Source: Camelus dromedarius
Lineage: Eukaryota
Assembly (NCBI RefSeq): GCF_036321535.1
Contig: NC_087447.1
Location: forward strand, 248,001-312,000
Length of the DNA: 64,000 nucleotides
Direction: 5' to 3'
Shown: positions 47,735 through 55,620 of the stretch, piece by piece
Position numbering within the stretch: the stretch's first letter is position 1
Layout of the letters: each line of letters opens with the position of its first letter
Program-made: the position numbers and the translations under genes
Notes under the pieces: model-generated
Seen by the model: only the letters and a program-made list of their open reading frames with translations
Database searches by the model: none
Told to the model about the DNA's origin: nothing

Positions 47735-48229
47735 GAAAATACATATATGTATATTAATAACAGCTTTGTCGCGGTATAATTCACATACCATACAATTTAC
47801 GGATTTAGAGTGTGCAGCTCAGTAGTATTTAGTATATTCATAGACACATACAACCATCATCACAGTCAATTTTAGAATATTTTCATGGCCCTGCAAAGAA
47901 ACCCAGTACCCTTTGGCAGTCACTCCCCATTCCCTTCCGAGCCTGTGGGGACCACTAATGTCTCCATGATTTGCCAATTCTGGACATTTCACATAAGTTG
48001 ATCNNNNNNNNNNNNNNNNNNNNNNNNNNNNNNNNNNNNNNNNNNNNNNNNNNNNNNNNNNNNNNNNNNNNNNNNNNNNNNNNNNNNNNNNNNNNNNNNN
48101 NNNNNNNNNNNNNNNNNNNNNNNNNNNNNNNNNNNGCGGATATACCACATTCTGTGCATGCATTTGTCAGTCGGTGGACATTAGGTTGCCTCCCCTTTTG
48201 GCTATTATGAATTATGATGCTATGAACAT
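47735..48229 (-). mobile_element. L1MB-like 3' end, left part (interrupted by the provirus)
   Basis: AACAGCTTTGTCGCGGTATAATTCACATACCATACAATTTAC..ATATTTTCATGGCCCTGCAAAGAAACCCAGTACCC..GGACATTTCAC..GGATATACCACATT..GCTATGAACAT matches the antisense L1MB 3' consensus. Confidence 0.85.
48004..48135. other. Assembly gap (132 N) inside the L1MB element
   Basis: Run of N; the L1 sequence is collinear on both sides. Confidence 0.99.
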
Positions 48230-48685
48230 TGTGGAATTAATTAAAGAACCTTTGGCTAAAGTTGGAGTTGGGACAGGCCTCCCGGAGGGGGAAGTCTCTC
48301 ACGATCACCATGCATCATCAGTTACCCCAAACAGTAAGCGATGTCCCCTACCCCTCTTTCAGGAAGGTGACTCTACGTACAGTCAGTCAGGAAGAAGGAA
48401 GTTTCTCTCCACCCCATGACAGTCCAGCCAGCTGGGGACGCAGCAGCCCCGCCCACAGGAAAGCTCCCTGCTTTGGGCTCCCAGCTCCCCCTGTGCGCTC
48501 TGGGTATTACAGCTCCTCCCAATACCCCCCTTTCCCCACAAGAGCAAGCTCCCTCGCCTCGTTCTCTGGATGTGCCAGTGGCCCACCGTGATTCAGACAT
48601 TTCAAACTGAAGTTCCTCTGCTATTCCTGAATAAACTCACTTTTGCTGGTAAAATAAGTGACTATTTATATTACTGAAGGTAGCG
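48230..48685 (+). mobile_element. 5' LTR of the provirus
   Basis: TGTGGAATTAA..CAGGAAGAAGGAA..CCCCGCCCAC..TTCCTCTGCTATTCCTGAATAAACTCACTTTTGCTGGTAAAATAA; the end is approximate. Confidence 0.85.
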
Positions 48686-48689
48686 TATT

Positions 48690-48707
48690 TGGTGTCAGAA
48701 GCGGGAT
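48690..48707 (+). promoter_or_regulatory. Primer-binding site, tRNA-Leu(CAA) type
   Basis: TGGTGTCAGAAGCGGGAT versus TGGTGTCAGAAGTGGGAT (reverse complement of the tRNA-Leu-CAA 3' end): 1 mismatch, directly after the 5' LTR. Confidence 0.85.
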
Positions 48708-49057
48708 CTGGAGGTGCACCCCGAGAGACGAAATCAACTGAGGTACTGCAACAAGCCCCAGCACTTACAGCTTCTGTGAGTCACTGCCAGCTTTTGATTC
48801 GGTGAGTCTCTTCTCAGATTCGGAGCTCTGTTCTTTTTGTGTCTCGAGCTCTCCCACTTCACTGAGGACGAAGGCTTTGTTCTTGCGGAGGAATGGGTTC
48901 GCCCTTGGTGAGCACCTAGCTGTTTTCGGGAGGGCAGGTCAGTGAGGCTCTCTTTTGGGGATTGAGGTTAGTGGGATCTAAGAGTTTGCTTTATTCCTTT
49001 TGGAATCTGGGCTGGGACTCTAGCAAACTTCTTGGGTTTTCAGCAGAACTTAGGGAA

Positions 49058-49262
49058 ACAGGATCCTGGTCAGCTAAATGCTCTGGGGGCAGCCCTCCTT
49101 TGGGGACTCCAGCTGGCTTCATGTTCAAGATCTATGAACTTCCACAATACACATTTTAAACTAAGTGGGCCAAAGAAACTAAAAGTAACCTAGAATTATA
49201 ATGCCCATTATGGGAAACTTTCAATCTCCCCAGACTCATTTTTCTTAAGATTAAGTTGGAGG
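49058..49262 (+). pseudogene. gag matrix remnant
   Basis: (T)GSWSAKCSGGSPPLGTPAGFMFKIY..*TKW, then TKSNLEL*CPLWETFNLPRLIFLKIKLE. Resembles ERV1 MA (PAGFM..W..WPLWGTF); has stops and no start ATG. Confidence 0.55.
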
Positions 49263-49490
49263 ACTGCAGTTCTAATATTAAACAAAATGAATGATACATT
49301 TATTTTCATTGGTATCTGGAAGCTTCCAAATATGCACAAAACTCTAAAATTGTCTCTTTGCCAGATAATGCTTCTAAATAGCTGAAACAACTAAAAAACT
49401 GGAAAAGAACCAAATGAAGACTTGTGCTCCTTGTGTTCCCCTCCCCCACTTCTTTGCCTTGGGCACCATATTATGTGTCTTCTCCATAGC

Positions 49491-49612
49491 TTTTCTCAGA
49501 CTCCACCTCCTTTATTTCAGTCTCCACCCCTTTATTTCAGACTCCACCTCCTTTATGTCAGACTCCACCCCTTTATCTTGGACCCCAACTCTTTATCTCA
49601 GACACTACCCCT
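49491..49612. repeat. Six-copy 20/21-bp tandem repeat inside the provirus
   Basis: CTCCACC(T)CCTTTATTTCAG(A/T) units, alternating 21 and 20 bp and decaying rightwards. Confidence 0.85.
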
Positions 49613-49726
49613 GACAACATTCTCGTGCTCAGGCCCCACTCCTAATGCCATCTCCATTTCTCCAAATCTACCCTTTTACAATAAAACCCTCCAAGAATCC
49701 AAATGCTAAACTCCAAATTACTGTTT

Positions 49727-49868
49727 CTGTTTTACTTTGTGGGGGAGGGGGTAGGTAATTAGGTTTATTTAGTTAGTTAGTTAGTGGAGATACTGGGAAT
49801 TGAACCCAGGACCTCATGCATGGCATGCTAGGCATGCACTCTACATTGAGCTATATCCTCCCCCTGCC
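49727..49868 (-). mobile_element. Vic-1-like camelid SINE inserted in the provirus, with 11-bp TSD
   Basis: Reverse complement GGGGAGGATATAGCTCAATGTAGAGTGCATGCCTAGCATGCCATGCATGAGGTCCTGGGTTCAATTCCCAGTATCTCCAC plus tail (TAAC)n-TAAATAAACCTAATTACC; TSD AATTACTGTTT at 49716-49726 and 49869-49879. Confidence 0.88.
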
Positions 49869-52353
49869 AATTACTGTTTGTAAGTTAACTAGAGCAAATA
49901 ACCAGAAAGAAAGATTAAAATAGTAATTGACCTCGATTTAAAAAAAAAGCTGCAAAGGCCTCCTTCCCCAGGTGCACAGGGTTTGGGCAGTGCCATGGGG
50001 GTGGTCCTAGGGTGCAGATGGCCTCCCCCGAGAGCGGCCTGCGTCTGCTGTGTGCTCTGCTGTGAGGCCCTAGCAAGGCTGGGAGTGGGTGTGGGCTCTG
50101 GGCCAGGACCCCCAGCAGCATCCCGGGAGGCTGAGTGCAGTCTCTCCTGGCTGCCGGGCTCCCCAGCTCCCTGCAGTGAAGGAAGAGCGGCCAGCTGCCC
50201 TGACCTCAATTTTTGATAATAGAAAATATACTGCAAAACTCCTAGGAAAAACACACTCTGTTTTTGTCTGTCTGTTGAAGCCTTTTTGGCCCTAAGTCCC
50301 CCATCCTGTTCAAAAGAGGGAACCTTTGTTTTAAATTCGTGCTCCTTAAGGTGCGCCCGTAAAAGAGAGGGCTCCAAACCTCTCAGGAGACCATGCAGTG
50401 CATTCCTTGATCGTATGCAGAAGCTGCTGAAAGACAAACTGACTCAAAAAACAGCTCTCAAAGGATCCTTACAGCATACAAACGCAGCTTGGATCCAACT
50501 GTTGAGTTTGTATCTGAGGTGTGATGAAATATAAAACAAAACCATAAGGTCCCTATCTGCCTCTGTCTATATACTCGTGTGTGTGTGTCTACATGTGTGT
50601 ATATATGTGCTGAAGATGTGTGTTTTTAACCTACCTCCAGATGGTATTGCTAAAATTAATTTGTAAAAGAGCTCTATTTAATTGGCTTATAAACGAACAA
50701 GCACTTATGTAAATTCAAACATAACAGAGGGGGGCCTGGGTACTTTTGGAGTTTACGTGATTGGGGATAATGTTGGTGAATTAAAGCTAGTTTGGGGTTG
50801 TTGGTTTAATTAAAACAGGCATGTCTTTAGCGTTATCAATGCTGAAAATAGTGTAGGCATACAATTGTGGTTCTACCTGGGTTTGGTGGCCAGATAAGTT
50901 CGTGTTACCTTTGTTACCAAATTTGTCAGCAAAAAACAAAAAACAAAACAAAACCAAAAAAAAACTTGGTATGATAACAATTTTTCATGAGTGATCAAAA
51001 ATGACCCCTGAAGACAAGGGAATTGAATGGGTGTGGGAACAAGGCTTTCTCAGTCTAAAGGTCCATTTCTGATAAGAGATTGTGAAAGGGTTTCCTTATC
51101 TTTAAGTAATCTGCTTAGAAAACTAAGATTTGTGTTTTACCAAAATTATTTCCCGTGTTTCCTGTTGTCTTACTCAAGAAAACAGAATCTTTTCAGTAGT
51201 AACTTTTGTTCACAACTATGTAACCTTTTCTATTTGACTTAGAAATCTTTTATTGCTATTATGGCCAAAGAGAAATATCATTTCATAATGATCTGTGGTT
51301 CTGTTTGGTCAGCTGTCCAAAACTTTGATAATTTTTCACAAACTTCCCCCAAATCAGGTTCTAAATGAAGTTTTTCTGGCCTTGAACCAATTCTGGGCTC
51401 TTCCAGAGGGCCCCTGGAGAATCTCGAAGGATTTCTGTCTCACTAGGTAATGTGTTAAACTAGCCAGGCTTTTTGATATGCTGAGTTACACAGGAGGCTT
51501 GTCAAATAAGTAGGAACACTAAGTTCTTACCTTATGTCTGAGTAGATGCATGTTAATGTAAGTGTTCCAAAATTGTGTGAAATTTCTGAGATTCTGAGAT
51601 GTCTTGATATGTTATCAGTCATAATTTTAAGTTGTATGTTACAGAGATAAGCAGACCCCCTTATTAATTCCATTATAATGAACTTTCATGAGGCCTTTAG
51701 TAATGAGCATTTTCAAGTCTCTTTGTCTTTCATGGACAGTTATTGCTTTACTCTGATGCTTTTGCAAATGTGTTTCACCTTCAGAGAAATTCATGGAAAG
51801 GAGCGACAGGCACTCTGGAATACAGGTTTTGGATAACTCCAAGATCATAAGACTGAACTAGGTAAGAATTTATAAACTTCTAATGGAAAACTGATTGCTT
51901 TAACATTTTATTTTCCAGATGTCAAGGATCCCTTTTCTCCTTTGAAAACTATAACTTTTAGCAATTTGATAAAGTGTATCTTCCCAACAAAGGCTGAAGC
52001 ATTTATCTCTTTCTCCCTACCTGATTCTGCAAGTTTTGAAATGCTTATTAAATATTCTTGTTTTTCGTGACAATGTTTGTTTTTGCATGGGTTCGCTGGG
52101 AGTCTGTTCTCACTGTAACAGGACACCCAAGGCACGTGGCCCTGCTTCTTCTGATCCACAGCCAAGAAAGGGAGACTTACGTCTGCACGGTAGAGACCTA
52201 ATTACATCCACAAAAAACAACCATCTCTGGTAGAGCACTCTTTTCACAGTGTGCTCCCAGAAGGTGAAAGCAAGTGGCCCAGCCTAAAGCCTGGAGGTTC
52301 TGTGCACCGGAAAGGGCATCTCCAAAAGGACTCTCTGTCTAGCCTCACCAGGA

Positions 52354-52446
52354 GGGCCCCATCAGGTCCTGTTGACTAACCTTTGTGCTGCCAAAGTCTG
52401 AGGAGTAGATTCCCGAATCCATGTGTTGCACCCAAAGAAGGCACCA
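52354..52446 (+). pseudogene. Integrase C-terminal (GPY/F) remnant
   Basis: GPHQVLLTNLCAAKV*GVDSRIHVLHPKKAP matches the gamma-type IN tail W-x-GPY-x-VLLT..A-x-K..G..WIH-x-SH-x-K. Confidence 0.8.
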
Positions 52447-52921
52447 AACCTCAACTGGGCCTGTGTGCCGTCTGGCGAGCTGAAGATGAAGCCCACTAGG
52501 ACCCAGGGAGATGACGTCTGAGGCTGGCAGCTTCCCCAAGGTGCCGGGCCTGTCTGTCTTTCTTTCAATACTGGCCCTCACCTTGTTTCTTCCCTCCCTT
52601 CCATGGAAGGACAACGTCCTCGTCCATATTTCTCAATCCCTGGAGAAAGGGGGAACCTCTCTGATCACTGGATTTGTCCAGGAAAGCAATGGCCCTTTGG
52701 TTCACTTTATAAGTAACTTCACCGGGGTTCCAACTGCTGTTGTGTGTCCAAGTTCTTCTGTAGGCTCATTTTATAGAGTCAGGGTGCTAAGCCCACCTAA
52801 ACTTATTTCTTGCTTCAATTTGACCCTACTCTGGGATGGGAAAAATAAATTGTTTGAATATTTGCATGAAAAGTTCTGTGGAGCTGCCAATGCAAGTAAC
52901 ATCATCTGTAAACTTGCTAAC

Positions 52922-53066
52922 GTGTGTGTTTGTTTGTTTCTAGTTGGTACAAGGTATTTCTTTTTTTTTTTAACTTTTTTATTGAGTTATAGTCATTTTA
53001 CAATGTTGTGTCAAATTCCAGTGTAGAGCACAATTTTTCAGTTGCACGTGAACATACATATACTCA
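52922..53066 (-). mobile_element. Young L1 3' terminus inserted in the env region, with 16-bp TSD
   Basis: On -: TATGTATGTTCACGTGCAACTGAAAAATTGTGCTCTACACTGGAATTTGACACAACATTGTAAAATGACTATAACTCAATAAAAAAGTT plus poly(A). TSD CTGTAAACTTGCTAAC at 52906-52921 and 53067-53082. Confidence 0.88.
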
Positions 53067-53379
53067 CTGTAAACTTGCTAACTAACATGTTTATATGTGG
53101 GGTAACCTGTGTGTACAACCTACCGTCTGAGCCTTGGCCAGGTAACACCATCACGTCTCTGCAGTGAGGCAGTACTCTCCCGTGTTTGGGGCTTTATGCA
53201 CACCCCTGGTTATACCTTCTCGTGTGGAAGTTTGGGGAATGGCCTCCGTGCATGGATACCCGGTTGCCTTGATGGCTGGAGAATGCAGGGTTGTGTGCCC
53301 TGCCGTGTTCACTGTCCTGTCCTCCCTACTTCACTGGACAGAAGCCTTGCTTTTGTCCATCCCATTGAACCTCCATAGC

Positions 53380-53927
53380 CACCTTAATTGAGAACTTTCA
53401 GGAGGCATACACCATTCTGGCTTTGCCCCGTAGGGATGTTTTCTTCCACGAATTAGAGTGAGCACCAATGAACAGGTGATCAGAAATCTCTCCTCACCCC
53501 TAGGAGAGCTAGATGACTCCACAGCCAGTGCAGTTTCAGCTCAGTGCACTCACCTGACTCATTGGCCAAGGTGGTTCTGGATTATCATGTAGCCTGTGAT
53601 TACCTGCTTGCTGAGCAAGGAGGTGTCTGTGCAATAACAAACACCTATTGCTACACGTGGACAGATGCCTCTGGGGAGGAGATACCCAGTTACATAAAAT
53701 TAGAGCAAGCACATTGGCTGCAGCAAATTGCACCTGACAACCCACTGTCTTTTTATTTATTCAGCTGGATACCTTCAGGGCTGGACTCCTGGCTTAGCAC
53801 CATTTTGGAAACTGGGTTTACTATGTTGTTTTTAATTCTGCTCTGTACACTGATTCTGCAGTATACTGCACCTACTATTTGTCAAATCTTTGGGAAAATG
53901 ACATACCTAATGAGATTGTGGCGCTAA
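53380..53927 (+). pseudogene. env transmembrane-subunit remnant (gamma-type, with ISD)
   Basis: Frame 1: LN*ELSGGIHHSGFAP*..EQVIRNLSSPLGELDDSTASAVSAQ. After a frameshift, the open frame 53544-53927 reads SLAKVVLDYHVACDYLLAEQGGVCAITNTYCYTW..LFSWIPSGLDSWLSTILETGFTMLFLILLCTLIL (ISD, degenerate CX6CC, TM helix). Confidence 0.88.
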
Positions 53928-54188
53928 CTCAGTGCTTTGAAGTAATTTCTAGCACTTACAACCGTTTACCTAAATACGGACTTTTAACAAGAAATTCCTG
54001 AGGGTTCTCCCTACTACCTTTATTTGCTACTCAAATGCTGCCTCATGAGGTTTCTGATTTACGTGCTCTGCCTCTGAGATGGGACATGATGACCAGAAAA
54101 GGTCCTTCCTGGCACTGAGGGACAAAACCACTGCATGCAGAGGTCCTGACTACTTGACTGGTGATCCTCCTGAGGTAGGATCTTCATC

Positions 54189-54200
54189 AAAAGGGGAAAA
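54189..54200 (+). other. Polypurine tract
   Basis: AAAAGGGGAAAA immediately before the TG of the 3' LTR. Confidence 0.85.
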
Positions 54201-54615
54201 TGTGGAATTAAGGAAGTTACGCCACAGTTGGAGTCAGGACAGCCCTGTAAGGGGAGCTCTCACACCTGCCATGCATCCTCAATTACTGCAAAGAGAAAAA
54301 GAGTCCCCTATGCCTCTGACAGGAAGGCGCCTCTACCTACAACCAATCAGGAAGAAGGAAATCCCTCTGCACCCCAGGACAGCCCAGCCAATCCAGGCCT
54401 GCAGCGGCCCCGCCCACGGGGAGCCTCCGTACTCTGGGCTGCCGGCTCCTGCAGCTCCCCCTTCTGCCTGTAAAGGCAGGTTCCCTCCCTTGGTCTCTGG
54501 ATTTGCCTGCGGCCCAGCGCGGTTCGGAGGTCCAGAATTGCCGTTCCTCTGCTATTCCTGAGTGAACCCGCCTTTGCTGGTGAAATAACTGGCGGTTTTA
54601 TTATCACAGTTGACG
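54201..54615 (+). mobile_element. 3' LTR of the provirus
   Basis: TGTGGAATTAAGG..CCAATCAGGAAGAAGGAA..CCCCGCCCAC..TTCCTCTGCTATTCCTGAGTGAACCCGCCTTTGCTGGTGAAATAACTG..GTTGACG. Confidence 0.88.
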
Positions 54616-54619
54616 ACAG

Positions 54620-54720
54620 CCGTGTACACGTTTTCATTTCTCTGGTGGCTATACCTAGGCGTGGACGTGCTGGGTCACACGGTAACTCCTTTTCAGTTGC
54701 TGCCGGACTGTTTTTCAGAT
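54620..54720 (-). mobile_element. L1MB-like element, right part (continues after the provirus)
   Basis: CGTGTACACGTTTTCATTTCTCTGGTGGCTATACCTAGGCGTGGACGTGCTGGGTCACACGGTAACTC continues the consensus directly after GCTATGAACAT at 48229. Confidence 0.8.
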
Positions 54721-54869
54721 GGCTCAGGGCCCTGTCTGTGTTAACAACTTGAGTCAATTTTGAAATCAGCGCGTGTACTCCTTTCTTAAGAACTACCCTC
54801 TGGCCACCAAGAGGACCCCATAGGCTGGAGTCCGGAGCCCCCAGTGGAGACTGGGGGGGGGGGGGGGGG

Positions 54870-55620
54870 GAGACACACCTGAGTCTGGCGGGTCAGGAAA
54901 GGCCTGGGCGGGAGGGCCTGGGGCGGGGCTCGCGCAAGCTGCCCGGCTAGAGGAGGGTCTGGGCAGCCCTGCGCTGGGTACTGAGAGACGCCGCGCCTCC
55001 CGCCCACGCGCTGGTTACCTAGCAACCAGGCAGCATCCCTCCCAGCAAGCACCGCTTCGAACGCAAGACACTGGAGACTACGAGTCCCTGCATGCCCCGC
55101 GGCCCGGGCGCGCGGACTACAAGTCCCACAACGCATCGCCTGTCCTCTCCTGGCCGCCCCCCGCCCCTGCGCTCCCGAGACCCTGCGGAGCGAGCGCGCG
55201 ACCCCTTCCCGACGCTCCCCGCGCCGAGTGCGGCGCGGTCTCGCGGTGACTCGGGAGCGTGGGGGCGAGGCCCGGAGGAGCGGCTGGGCCGGGGCGCCAT
55301 GCGGCGGTGCGAGCGCGGCGGCGCCGAGGGGCAGCGGCCGGGGTCCCCCGTGCCCGTGGGCAAGGCCTCGCTGGAGGAGCCGCCGGACGGCGCGCCCGCG
55401 GGCCGAGCGGGCGGGCCGGGCGCGGGCCGCCGCAGCAACGAGTCCGAGGTCTACGACGACGGCACCAACACCTTCTTCTGGTGAGGGACGCGGTTCGCTC
55501 CGCTGCCGGGATGAGGGGTGCCCGCGGGACGCGGGGCGGCCCAGCGCCTCCTGTGCGCGCTGCCCCAGAGGGAGGGCTGGAGGTGAGGGGGGCAGGGAAC
55601 TCGACTCGCGGTCTACAGAA
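54870..55620 (+). promoter_or_regulatory. PTDSS2 CpG-island promoter with ZNF143/THAP11-type motifs
   Basis: CpG-dense. GC box GGGGCGGGGC at about 54921; TCCCAGCAAGCAC at about 55040; ACTACGAGTCCC at 55077; ACTACAAGTCCCA at 55116. Confidence 0.8.

Larger units (their letters stand above)
48230..54615 (+). mobile_element. Decayed ERV1-class (MER4-group-like) provirus, about 6.4 kb, mostly pol-deleted
   Basis: Two related LTRs both starting TGTGGAATTAA, PBS, gag-MA remnant, integrase C-terminal remnant, env TM remnant and PPT. 4-bp TSD ACAT (48226-48229) / ACAG (54616-54619); the flanking L1 resumes after the 3' LTR. Confidence 0.9.

Noticed and set aside
49491-49612. CRISPR-like appearance of short direct repeats
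   Set aside because: Units are contiguous with no unique spacers, and the context is a mammalian ERV.
52511-53026. 171-aa ORF resembling an env signal peptide/SU start
   Set aside because: It may overlap the decayed env 5' end, but it runs into the L1 insertion and cannot join the TM frame; not a functional gene.
48230-54615. Asymmetric CpG decay between the two LTRs
   Set aside because: A hand count gives only about 11 versus 15 CpGs, too small a difference to support differential methylation.
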